A stretch of 62,667 bases of DNA, counting the filler, from Sphacelaria rigidula (taxonomy: Eukaryota): NCBI GenBank assembly GCA_964200075.2. It is 11 parts of 11 records of this genome, joined end to end, with 100 filler letters (N's around TTAATTAATTAA, not from the genome) between each part and the next. Parts side by side here need not be neighbours in the genome. Positions count along the whole stretch, not along the records: positions 45,651 to 51,256 come from CAXNAA020025929.1; positions 51,357 to 56,962 come from CAXNAA020025930.1; positions 57,063 to 62,667 come from CAXNAA020025931.1; 8 more parts are not named here. One strand, 5' to 3'. The stretch's first letter is position 1; every line of letters begins with the position of its first letter. Below the pieces are notes generated by a model, which was not told where the DNA came from, made no database searches, and saw only the letters and a program-made list of their open reading frames with translations. Positions 49,758 to 61,435 of this stretch are shown piece after piece. The translations under genes were made by a program, and so were the position numbers.

Positions 49758-50681
49758 AAAACACAAGCACCATCAGCGTATGGTAGGAGCCCTCGCTGAA
49801 GGACGTCTTGTCCGCCCCACACAACATGGATGCTATGCGTAGTGTATGCATCAACTTGAAGAGTAAAAAAATATATACAGAAAAAAAAAGAAGCGACGAG
49901 ACAGCAAAAAACCACAGTTGTTTTTTCCAAAACGAATAAACCCGACAGCATGGATGATACGACGATCCATTCTGGACGCCTCAGGAATGTGCGTGAAGCC
50001 GTTAGAACTTGACGTTAGCGTGGGAAAAGAGGGGAGTCCGGGATGTTCTTGTCTAGCTCTCGTCTGGCCGTCGGTCGCCTACCCGCGTCGACCGCTTCCC
50101 TCTCACCGCAACGCAAAGACGAAACGGGTGCAGCTACAGCCCCTCCCTGCCCTCTACGGTCGCTGCTCCCTACTTCGCCGTTGCTCACGTTATTTCGTGT
50201 TGCTTCAATCCTTTGTTTTGCCGTTGCTCATGTTATTTCTCTTCTATTTTTTCTCACCGTAGTACGCCGGACAATTGACGCCGGTGCTGGAGTTGATGTA
50301 TGCCGCGTCGGAACCTTCCAAGAATGACACCTTTTGGGGGAGATTTATGATGGTCACGTGGGATACAAACGACGAAAGAAATGTGAGCACCATCACGGGT
50401 ATAAAATTGGACAGAATCCATAGAGGACAGTTCTGCAACGAAATCCAGAAATACCTGCTGATACGAGCCCCAAGAAATCGACCGCTTTTACGATATGCAG
50501 ATAATTCTCGCGGCAGGGCAAATCACCATATATATATATATATATGTCGGGAAGTACTAGACATCAATATCAATCAGTCACCTCGTACTGATCTGTCACG
50601 ACAGTCCCGAGCTCAGGCTCGTATTCGTCGGTGTACCCTGCCTCGGCGTCCGTGGAGCACGCTTCCACCAGTACATCGCAC
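48412..50681 (-). CDS. Cell-surface Ser/Thr/Pro-rich protein with hydrophobic C-terminus (probable GPI anchor), 3' part (exons 50681-50582, 50330-50258, 49562-49411, 48528-48412)
   Basis: Phase-consistent GT-AG splicing to CDVLVEACST...DQYE|VSFLEGSDAAYINSSTGVNCPAYY|GETTITQTPVATPT...STSSPT|SSDDLETNQADSSNGFAPPSPTSSLLACVALTVAAVWR*. Confidence 0.7.
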
Positions 50682-51399
50682 CTGCGGAATGTTTCCCATA
50701 AAAAAAAAACAATGGACATGTCTTCAGAACCCCGATACATGCACACGACGCGAAGCACCCAGACCCTCCTGGAACTCCTTCGATATCTCTCACCACAAAC
50801 ATGTTTGAGAGGTTCGGGAAACGCTGTTTTGCCATTTCAGAGTGAAAATACCCCAGAGTCAGAGTATCACGAAAACTCGTTTACCCCTACATCAAATGCC
50901 ATATCCCCTTCACTTTTTCCTGATGAGATTGTTTTCTAATTTTCTACTCTGGTCCTCAGAGGTATTTCCACTCTGAAGTGACAAAAAAGCGTTTCCGAAA
51001 CTCTGCATTGAAATCTCTGGCAGCAACCGGGAGTGGCCCAACTTGATGCATCCCGAGACAGGTTTTTCATCATACGCATCAAAACACGTGAAGAGCTAGA
51101 TCAACACAACTAAGCAAATCACGAGGAGAGTAAACTAAAATGAGCAAAAAAAAGGAAACAAAAAGCCACACGGAAGAAAGATTGTATGTAACAACAAATT
51201 GTGCGATTTGAGGTTTAACTCCGAGATGAGGTTCAAGCCCAAAACAGTGCTTCCCCNNNNNNNNNNNNNNNNNNNNNNNNNNNNNNNNNNNNNNNNNNNN
51301 TTAATTAATTAANNNNNNNNNNNNNNNNNNNNNNNNNNNNNNNNNNNNNNNNNNNNATTATATCCATCACGTTAGCTCGATCTCTCGAATCCGTGGTCA

Positions 51400-53930
51400 C
51401 AGAGCGCAAGGAGCATACCACCAATATACCCAAACGTGATGGGGAGAAGAAGCGAAAGAGGCTTAAGAGTACGGAGAGAGGCACACGTAAAATATCTACC
51501 GAATAAAACTACAGTAGGATGGAAGGAGCATGCTACAGCTCGAAAGGGGGTAAAAACGATGGTAGAGAAGAAAAATAAGGGAATATGGAACTTTGTAGTG
51601 AATAAAACAAAGGAAGGTTTCGATGGCGGGATGAAACAAATGTGGGTAGGGATAAAAGGGATAATGGGGAAACCCGGCAAGGGGAATAGACAAGGGGAAA
51701 GCCACACTATGGGCACGGAACGGTAAAACGGTCAGTAGTTCGAAGGGGAAGGGAAAAGTACTACAGTAGTAGAGCACTACCGTAAAATATTAACATAAAA
51801 AACTAACGAAGATTCGACACGGAATCCGAGAAAAATGAAAACGCATGGGCAGAGGCCAATGCAGAGGCATCAAAGTGGTAGGACAGTGGTTCCAGGGAAC
51901 TGCAGAGAGAGAGTTCACAAGTAAAGGAGTGTGTGGCTGAACGCTAGAACAGAAGGGAAGCAGAGACAAAGACGAAATGATGGATGAAGTTCTCCAGTAC
52001 GGGGGAGAGGGAATTGCCATCATGCTTATGCCGTAAAATTAAAGATGTGAAGAAACGAGTACGCACCCAAGAGGTGAAGAGAAGGAGTAGGAATAAACCT
52101 CTTCAAGAAAGGAGACAAGGCTGACCCAGGGAATTATTGAGGGATAACGCTACTGAGCACCGTAGGGAAAACGTTATGTAAGAATCTGAACGGTAAAGTG
52201 GGAACGATGCTGGAAAGGCGGGAAAAAAGTCAGCGAGAGGAAAACAAGTTTTAGATTCAACCGTAGTTGCGTAGACCATGCGCACACATTGGGTAAATTG
52301 TTCAAGGTAGGAAAGATGACGGGCTGACAACGTGCTGTTTCTTTCTAGATGCACGAAAGACGCATGACAGTATGGAGAAATGATCTCAAGGAAACGTTGT
52401 GGGAAACTGGGATCGTGAGAGGAAAATTGTGGAGAATGGCGAAGAAGATGAGAGACTATGCCAAAAGTGCTATGGTGCTCGATGGGGAAATATCGGAATG
52501 TGTTGACATTTTACAAGGAGTTGCACAAGCACACCCACTTTATTCAAAGTATTAATCGATGACCTGATAACAGCAATAGAAGCAGCAAAGCAAGGAGTCA
52601 AGATGGGGGAAGGAAGATACGATATCGGGATTGATGTTCGCGGATAATTTCGTGGGGATTTCAGGAACAGTAGAAGGATTGCAGAAGCAACTAGAGAAGG
52701 CACCAGGATACACTAGGGAATGGAGAGTGACAGCGGAGGTAAACAAGTGCGCGGAAGATGTATGCAAGAGGACAAGGGAAACCCGGGGGAGTTCAAATGG
52801 AAGTGGGGAGAAGAGGAACTGCCGATCGTAGACCAGTATACATACCTTGGCGTAAAGGTTGGAAGAAATAACTATTCTTGGGATGCACACAAAAATAACG
52901 TGATAGGAAAGAGTAATCCACAGATAGGCAAGATAAACGTGATCCTACGAGACGCGCATAGATACTAGGATTAAGATATGTACACTGATGAACGTGATTG
53001 TACCAAAGCTGGAATGTGCGGGAGACGTATTGGGGGGAACGTGAAGCTGGTGAAGAAGCTGGAAACATTACAGATAGCAGCAGCTAAGAAAATACTCGGA
53101 TGTTAAAAAAACGACGGGTAATACAGCATTGAGAGAAGAGTTGGGATTATATGCACTTGAAACAGAGACATGGGAAAGCTGAAGTGGCAATAGAGCGTAA
53201 GGTGCATGCCAAAAGAGAGATTGCCAGCTGCAGTTGATGGAGCCGAATGGAAGACAGCGACGAAGGGGTAGGCTGGAATAAGGTGGGATAGAGTAGTCGA
53301 GAAAGTGTGGAAGGAGATAGGAGGAGACCAAGACGAGACAATGTCCATGGGTGAATGTGGCGGACGGGTACAAGACGGAAGTAATGGACATGATCGAAAT
53401 AAGGGGAAAATAAGCGCTAAGACGGAAAGTAGACGAGGAAGAGCACCTGGAGATATACGACAGGCTGAGAGAGGAGATAGGGATGAAAACATGTCCGCAT
53501 GACCCAACGGACTCGGCGGAAAGGATGAAATTGCGATCTCGGTTAGGAGACCTGGGCCTGCCAGAAAGAAGGAAGGGGTACAAAATATCAGCATTCGAGT
53601 GAAGGAGGAAGTAGATGCACAGAATTGCCCCTGTGGCAAAGCAAAAGAGAGTGGAACTCATGTAGTGGCAGAATGTGAACTACACAAGGAAGAACGGGAA
53701 GTGTTAGAGGGGGACATATGGAAAGTAAACGAAGGTATCATGAAACCGTTTGATACATTAGACAGTGGCGAGGCAACGGTGGCTGTACTAGAAGATAGAT
53801 GGTGGCCACAGACGGCGAATCAGAAAGGGGACAAGATATGTAATTTTGTTTGTGTAAGATGTGGAAAAAACATAATGAGAGCCGAAAGGTTCGAGGTGAC
53901 TCTATTAGGAGTAGGAGTGGCGCTTGGGGC
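51400..53930 (+). mobile_element. Decayed non-LTR retrotransposon (LINE) ORF2: reverse transcriptase and C-terminal CCHC
   Basis: Fragmented motifs include LFKKGDKADPGNY*GITLLST, ILQGVAQ, LMFADNFVGIS (YADD box), YTYLG and CPCGKAKESGTHVVAEC. There are many stops and frameshifts, and the sense strand is purine-rich. Confidence 0.9.
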
Positions 53931-54347
53931 GCCGAAAATGAAACAAAAATGGTGTTTGGGCCCAGGACGATTCGTTCATCCTACCCCTGGCATTATACAT
54001 GACCTCAATGAGGTCACTTCATATGGAAACCACAAATACGAGCGGGGCCAGGCAAGAGTTCCTCTTCGCGGTTGGCAGGTGACGCGCCGCTTTATAATAG
54101 GAGCTGAGCGCCGACATTTTGAACATTTTCAAAGCAGCAAGGAGAAAAATAAAACAGCAAGTTGAAGCGATTTGGAACTCCTGTAAAAGAAGGATAATGC
54201 CGTAACTCCATGAAAAAACGGAAATCTGTTGCTACTTCGAGCACGACTTTTTAGCTTGCGTGCAGAGAATTTCTTGGGCTCAAAAATCAAATTGTGCTGT
54301 GCGCCCTACTTCTTTTGTGTGACGCCGCTGCGCCCCGCTTGTCTATG

Positions 54348-55236
54348 TGATACAGGAGACTCCCGCTACCGGGGTCACGAGTTCGGATCCCGATATATCC
54401 CTTTTTTTTCGCAGAATCTGGTTCCGTCAGGCCAGAATAAGTTATGATGCAGCATATTCTCTGTAATTGATGTTAGCGGCAGAGCGTGCATCACCAGGTT
54501 GGTGTGCAGTTTTCCAGTCATGTACTTGCATTAGGCTGTTCGGGAAACTGCAAAATATGATGTGTGCCCGGGACTGCGGCTGGCCCGGCTTGTAATGTCC
54601 TGGAAAAATGCATTTTTCGCCTACCTCCTGCGTCGTTTTACGCTCCAAAAGAGGGCTAGGCGGATGCTGACACTTTGGTATGCCTTGCTATACTCGTCGA
54701 GACGGTTCGAGGACACCTTCGTGTTTTCCGGTGGCCGCAGCTGTTTTTACGGCCAAGCTTACACTTTCTTGGACAGACGGTGGAGTCCAGAAACATTTCG
54801 TGCTGTAGTTCGGTTGCTGGCGTGGTTGCGTTGGCCCATCGAGTATACCAAGATTCCGGGGGTAGCTGTGGAGTTGTAGCGCTTTGCCCCTGACCGCTTT
54901 GTACTCACCCCAGGAACCGAAGTCCAGTACGAAGTTTTCTGAACTTGACCGTTTGTCCAAGAAAATGTAAGTTTGGCTACAAAAAGCAATAGCGAAAACG
55001 GGAAAACGCAAAGGTATCCTAAAACAAGTCTCCACGAGCATAGCGATGCCAACTTTCGTCTTGACCACTTCTATGGTGTAAAACGACGCAGAACGATGAA
55101 AGTGCAATTTTTCCCAGGGTAGTTATTTTGTTTCCATAAGAAGCGGCCTGACGGAACAAGGTTCTGCAAAAAATCTCAAGTACCTGTCGGGATCCGAACT
55201 CGTGACCTTCCGCCCTCATGAAAGTCTCTCGTATCA
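54348..55236. mobile_element. Foldback element whose ~90-bp inverted arms contain a tRNA T-arm/B-box-like motif. Related single arm at ~59250-59440
   Basis: TGATAC..GAGACT...GGTCACGAGTTCGGATCCCGA...GTTCCGTCAGGCC is mirrored at 55146-55236. The inner arms at 54597-54645 and 55078-55120 are also inverted. Confidence 0.65.
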
Positions 55237-55249
55237 GTTAGACTATGGG

Positions 55250-55819
55250 GGGGTGTACTCATGATCATGCATGCCAGAGTCATAAGATCATTGGCCTCGC
55301 ATCCCCTCAAAGCCGAGACGGGGCACGCCGGGTTGTCGCCGGACCAGGCTCACATTTAATCACCGAGTGCGAAGTGCCGTGATGTGTTCGGCGAGTCGCA
55401 TGAGGAGTGAGTTGCATCGTGCTGAGATTGTTCGGCCCGAAGCCTATTGATTATCTTGCATTCAGAGGACAGCTTACAACGAGTTGCTTTACTTTCTGGT
55501 ATCGCCACTTCCCGAGACAGCCACGGCTCATACACTGCCTCATGGGTGTCTCACAATTCAAACACGTCGTAGTACGATCATCCCCATTGTACGGAGTTGA
55601 GGTTCTCCCACGCCGCACAACTTGATCTAGCTCGACTACCATCATGGTTTCCGCAGAAAAAACGCAAGCGCGCAAAGCAAAAACGGTAACCTGGTTTCCT
55701 AGCTTACGCAGTGAGTGGCGTGTTTCGTAGCGTTATCGCCAACCGACGCCAACCCCATCGAGGATCCGCCCCTGCAAAGCCGGGACGGAGCACGCCGGGT
55801 TCTCGCCGGACCAGGCTGA
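55250..55819 (-). mobile_element. Longest poly(C)-tailed element copy (subfamily 1, ~570 bp) with 10-bp TSD and internal direct repeat
   Basis: AGACTATGGG flanks it at 55240-55249 and 55820-55829. A ~45-bp block is repeated at 55310-55350 and 55777-55817. Confidence 0.8.
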
Positions 55820-56424
55820 AGACTATGGGTGCAGCAATGTAACACAAAAGTAGAATGCACGGCCCAATTTGACCAGTTTTGAGCTAAACTTTACACATAT
55901 GTTCTACTCGTCGATACGCAAAACCGTATTGCAGTAGCCAAAGATATGGAAATGTATTTGTTGATATGTGATAGCTCTACGTTCTTTCAGAATTTGAAAC
56001 TGGCTGTAATTTGCTCTTTTATTTCTTCTTGGCTACTGCAATACAATTTGCGTCTTCGTAATGTAAACCTTGTGTCAATACCTCAGCTTCTATTTCTTGA
56101 AGGCGGGCTGTACAAAGCTAGTCAAGCCCCAGCAAATGCTTCGAGCTGACCGAGCTCATCCCTCCTCCATTATCTGACCTTTTTTCACCAGAAGAAAATC
56201 AAGTATCGCCAAAGTTCCGATTTAGTCTACATCTTTAAGATGTATAACGAAATCTCAGTTTTTGCCACATAGTGCAATACAGTACGAGGCTTTTTCCTGT
56301 CCGCAGGATGTACGACTTGTTGAATAAGTGAATTAACTTTGTTATATATCTATTAAAATTTCCAAATACTCAGATCCTTCCGCGTACATGTAGCTCATGC
56401 AGAAAATGCCCACCACCTATGCGT

Positions 56425-56615
56425 TGGGCCGCACAATCTTAGCAGGATGCAGCTCATCCCTCATGCAACTCGCCGAGCAAATTACGGCGCTTCGCGCTTG
56501 GTGATTGAATGCGAGCCTGGTCCGGCACAAACCCGGCGTGCTCCGTCCTGGCTTTACGGGGATGCGAGTTCAATGGTCTTGTGACTAAGGCATGCAAGGA
56601 CATGAGTATACCCAT
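56425..56615 (+). mobile_element. Poly(C)-tailed element subfamily 1, 5'-truncated, decayed C tail
   Basis: Matches the reverse complement of 55250-55440 over ~190 bp. Ends CATGAGTATACCCATCCCAC. Confidence 0.7.
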
Positions 56616-59600
56616 CCCACGCCACCCCCACTGTTCCCTTCCCTTCGATACTCGTTATTTTTTTGCATTCCTTGGCGCGCACGAACAGCTGCAGTGCTCC
56701 GACCACAGCACGCTCAACACTCACCCCAGTAGCCTATCTATGACCCCAGGGAAGCGGCATCGCTTCCCCTGTTGCTGTTCGGGGCAGGCAATTCAAGCCC
56801 ACGAGGGGAGAGTTGATGCATGGCTCTGCAAAATCAAGATGAATGTTGATGATACCGCACCAAGCACTCCCTAGAATAATATGGGATACGGTACCGTAGA
56901 CTAATGGTGTCGCAACCCCCCAACCCCGACCTCGCCCGCCCACGCCCCCCCCACCCCCCCCCNNNNNNNNNNNNNNNNNNNNNNNNNNNNNNNNNNNNNN
57001 NNNNNNTTAATTAATTAANNNNNNNNNNNNNNNNNNNNNNNNNNNNNNNNNNNNNNNNNNNNATTCTCACAATTTGTTGTTAAATGGTGTTGGTGACGGC
57101 ACGACAGTTGCGCGGGGCACGATGTGCATAGAGGAAAGAGGTGGGCATGATTGCCGCTGTGGTTTCGACCACGACAAGGCACTGTCGTTTGCATAGGGGT
57201 TGACCGTGAAAGTGCAAGCGTTTTGTAAGGTAACCGCGCACCGTGAAGGCACAAGCTGCTGGCTTATGGTGCTTCCAGACGGGTGCAATTTGGTGTCGTT
57301 TTATCAGGGGGTGGTTTATACCGTGACAGTGTTCGAGTGTGAAGTGATCCCTCACACACAGGCGGGTGGCGGTGTGCACGAGTGGGAGAAAGCAAGAGGA
57401 GTGGAATGGAGGCGAGCGTGACAGTGCTGCATTACACCCTGGCGCTGTTATTGGGACAAGTTCAATAGTTTTGTGCGCGACTGTGAACATCGCTGTGTGC
57501 TTGGCCTCACCTGCTCTTCGCTGCGAAGGTGTGCCCAAGGTGCGGTGCTGTACAGACAGTGCAAGGAGCCCCCTCCGCATTGCACTGGGCTTTCCTGCAC
57601 GTGGGGAGGGCACATGACACCAAACAGTCGAGATTGGTGTTGATTGTAGTTGTTGGATAGCGATCTGTGAGTACGTTCTTTGCCTGTGCAGCCTCCACTG
57701 CTTCATCGGTTTTTAGAGCCAGTGCGAGCACCCTTCCAGCATTTCAGCCCCTCTGCCCAGCTCGAGATTCATCGCAAGCGACTGGTTTTCAGCGGTCAAA
57801 GGCACTTCTTCGCCCGTGCGGGTGTTTTGTTTCCCTATGATATGAGGTCGTCGCCTTTGCGCTGTTTTGGGTTGGGGGGGGCTGCGTGATCGAGTTGTAC
57901 ACGCAGATGCGCACGCTGTACACACTGTGCGGTGCATGAGCCTCACCTTGTAGGGGCTCAGCTTCGAGTAGGTCTTCTGCAGACCTTGTTGTCAACGTCC
58001 CCAACCTCCGCGGAAGCAGTCGTAACACCAATCAAACCGTTCTTTCTAGAAAATTCGGTTCACCTACTGTGGTGAACGTTCCACTGCCGGTGAAAGCAGC
58101 TGTCAAGACGCTGTGGTGGACCCAGGACGGCCTGTGAAAGATGTGGGTGTCCGGATTCGCTCACGTTGAATTTGCAGGACCCCCAGAGGACGGCCCGTAA
58201 CGGCCCAAAAACCGCCGTGCAGCGGTGATGCTTACCTCCGTCGTTTGACGCCGATAGGGCTCTGTTTCCAAAACTGTTTTTTTACAGCCTTTGTGTGCTG
58301 CCTGCGGACCCTGTGCGAGTATTATTTTCTACTGCTGTCGCCGTTACATGCAACGCCTTCAATGTGTTTTCTGACAGCCGTCATGTTCAAGTCCGCAGCG
58401 TACCACCTGGTTTGTGGGGGTTCTTCCCACCCACCGTGTTCACCACACGCGGCAGTTGACCCTGTTATACGCAGATATTCGGCTTCTCCACTTGTCAGCG
58501 GTTATCACGATATCATTGTTTACGCAGAGGGATCACTATATACGCTGAGATATCCTTGCTGGCATGCACGCGATGTTGGCTGAAACATGATGAAAAAAAA
58601 GCGACGGAAGCACGAGTTCGGTCTAGTTTCAGTATAAAATTAAAAAACTACGGATCTTGCAAATATCAGACGCTAACTACTGTAGTTCAGCAAGCAAGGC
58701 AGAGCCAACAAGTGATCGAAGGTGGACTGGCTGGCATCTGGCCACGCCGGAACCCAAATAATGACAATAAGAAACGCGGTAACAACACGTCACGGAACCC
58801 AGGGTCTACGAGCAGACCCGCACATCGTGATATCTTGCAATGCCGCTGAGCTTCATCACATTGACTTCGACCGCCACTTGTACCGGTTGGGACACAAGTT
58901 CGTGAAATTGTGCTCCGATCATATATGCAAGCTGGACCAGCTGACAGTGATTTGCGAATGAATCCGGGCCGGGCGGTGGGTAATCCGAAGCGTTGGGCGC
59001 TGAAATTTTGACACAAGCTTTTTATCATCACTACACACGATTTTCCCGTGGATGCCAAGAAAAATGAAACAAAACTAATAATCAGAGCGATTTGAAGTTT
59101 CTGCAAAAACTAGAAAAATGCTATGACTAGTTGAAAATGAAGAAACGCGGGGGCATCTCCGGTGTAGATATGTGCCCTTGTGTGGCGGAGATCCTGGTGC
59201 AATTCTGGCCAAAACATCCAGAAATTGGGCGCAGCAGTCAACTTTTTGTGTGGCACGGCTGCATTCCTTTAATTCAAGTGATGCAGCTGACTTCAGGTAT
59301 AGAGGTCACCAGCTCGAATCCCGACGGATTCCTTTTTTGTTCCGTCAGTTAGGTAATACGTCATGTGCAGTACATTTTTTTCATATTGTTTTTCATTCAG
59401 CGGCGGTCCCGTGCGTTACCAGGTTGGTCTGCAGGTCACACTAACATACTCAAGTCGGGGTGATTTGGTAAACTTGATACGTTGTAGCATCACATTCAAA
59501 TGCGGGATTTACTGCTCGCCCAGCTAGTTTATCTGTCGTTCCCACAACTACTTGCGATCAACGGACGACCCGACATACTGCGTGTTGACACACTTCTACC

Positions 59601-60097
59601 GCCAAAGGACAATCCGACATGCCGTCGCCACCTCGCAACCCCTTTCCCGTGCTTTCATTCGTTCTCATGTCCCCAACACAACGCACAGCAAACTTTCCCA
59701 CACATCCCCGCGTTTTCTTCTGCTTATTTATGTGTGACCTCTAATGATATCTATTAACGTCCTCGATCGAGCGGCCTGTGCAGTTGTTGAGATTACCGGT
59801 TTCCCCCATCGAATGGAACCTCAACGCACACGGTTATAGGTGCCTTCCACAAGGGATCGACGGGAAAATACCAGCAATGTTTTGGGTGATGCCAGCCTGC
59901 GACCCTGAGGACGCCAAGGAGGTTGCACCCGATATCAAGGACTGTAGGTACCTATTAACCCGTTCCTTAAGGTCTCCTTCGTTGAGAAAATCGTCATTCT
60001 TAACCACGGCACAGGCCGTTCGATTGGGGACGCTAATGGATACCACTGGGGCCGACATGTAAATTTACCTGCGCTCCTGATCTACGAAGGACCGCTG

Positions 60098-61435
60098 CAC
60101 ACGTGGACAGATAGCATCCTGTAGGACGTGCTGCACAGGGTTTTTCATAGTCTTTGTGAGAAACTCCGTATTGCATTTGCAAACCCTAGTACCTCTAGTA
60201 GCGTTTCGCATAGCGTTTTTGTCGAAACCCTGCAAGCAACCCTGTGGAGAGGCCCTCCCAATTTTGAAAATTCAACTTTTTGTTTTTTAATTCCAAATTA
60301 TTGTGGTACAAAATCTGTAAATTTGTCTATTATGAATAGCGTTTCCTGCTGTCCGAGATAAATTCCTTTTCGGGCAAAAATGAATTCATCTCGGACAGCA
60401 GGAAACGCTATTCGAAACAGATCCTTTTCTCGCCCAATTTATTTGGGCAAAAAAAGGATTTTTATTGAACAGCAGAAAAACCTATTCAAAATAGATCAGT
60501 TTTTCGCCCAATTTGAATGGGCGATAAAAGGATCTATTTCGAACAGCTTTTTCTGCTGCGCAAATCCCATGCACACTGGCAGATTTGGAATGTTCACTTT
60601 GCCCTCCAATTCATCCGGAATTTGGGCAAAAAGAGATTCACTGCGAACAGCGTCAGCTGGGGATATCCCGCATACTGCACCGTTATCAGCGTACGGGATC
60701 CGACACGCAGAAAAAAATGTTGAAAGTGATTCATCCTTTTGCCCCCCAGTTGATGTATACGTGGGCTAAGGGATGAATAACTCTCAACAGCTTTTGCTGA
60801 ATAGAGATCCAGCACATTGATTACGAGTGTATGTCCACACTCCTACGAGCTTAGATACGACGCTTTGGCTCAAGGCGTGGATGTAGGGATAACGGTGTAT
60901 ACCTCGCATATCAATCCACATAGCTTATGAAAACCCCGTGGTCCGCAGCCTACCAAAATCACCCAATCGAGCATGCTTTTGTTTATGGAAGTTTTTGCTT
61001 GATAGTAATTAAAAGCACAAAATATTAGTCGTGCCAACAATAAATCAGGTAGCTCAATATGCGACTCGTCGCACTCCCGAGCACGCAATCGTGAATTCAA
61101 TTCCTACCACTACAAGTTCTCGACCGTTTTTTTCTGCCAGCACCATGTCCATGCTGTATGGAGTATATTGTATGTGTGCTATAAAGGCTGTACAGCATAC
61201 TAACAACAATGAACAGTACTCGGGGTGACGAAACCCTGTGAAGCGTACTGTGCGGCGCGAAAAAAGAACTCCAGCCAAATCCCCGCGACAAACACTGCAC
61301 AGTTTCCCTGAAACCCTGTGAAGCGTACTGTGCGGCGCAAAAAAACACCCTACAGCTAAAACTCCGCGAGAAACACTGCACGGTTTCCCTGAACCCTGTA
61401 AACGTGCCCCACGAGGTGCTATCTGTCCACGTGTG
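60098..61435. mobile_element. Complete non-autonomous CACTA/CMC-like DNA transposon (1338 bp)
   Basis: TIR CACACGTGGACAGATAGCA / TGCTATCTGTCCACGTGTG, TG on both flanks (2-bp TSD), and subterminal repeats (AAACCCTGTGAAGCGTACTGTGCGGCG at 61231 and 61311). No transposase ORF. Confidence 0.8.

Noticed and set aside
51400..53930. This LINE as the autonomous partner of the poly(C) family
   Set aside because: Its visible 3' region has neither the ATGAGTAC module nor a C tail, and the nearby poly(C) copies are separate insertions.
56514..56570. Resemblance of the element block (GCGTGC..GTCC.GGCT..CGGGGATGCGAG) to the 7SL/Alu 5' domain
   Set aside because: It is a short GC-rich similarity lacking the conserved TGT(A) motif, and cannot be supported without a covariance-model search.
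5608..57062. Regularly spaced TTAATTAATTAA motifs and apparent gene neighbourhood
   Set aside because: These are artificial spacers, so genes on different contigs have no demonstrated linkage and no cluster can be inferred.
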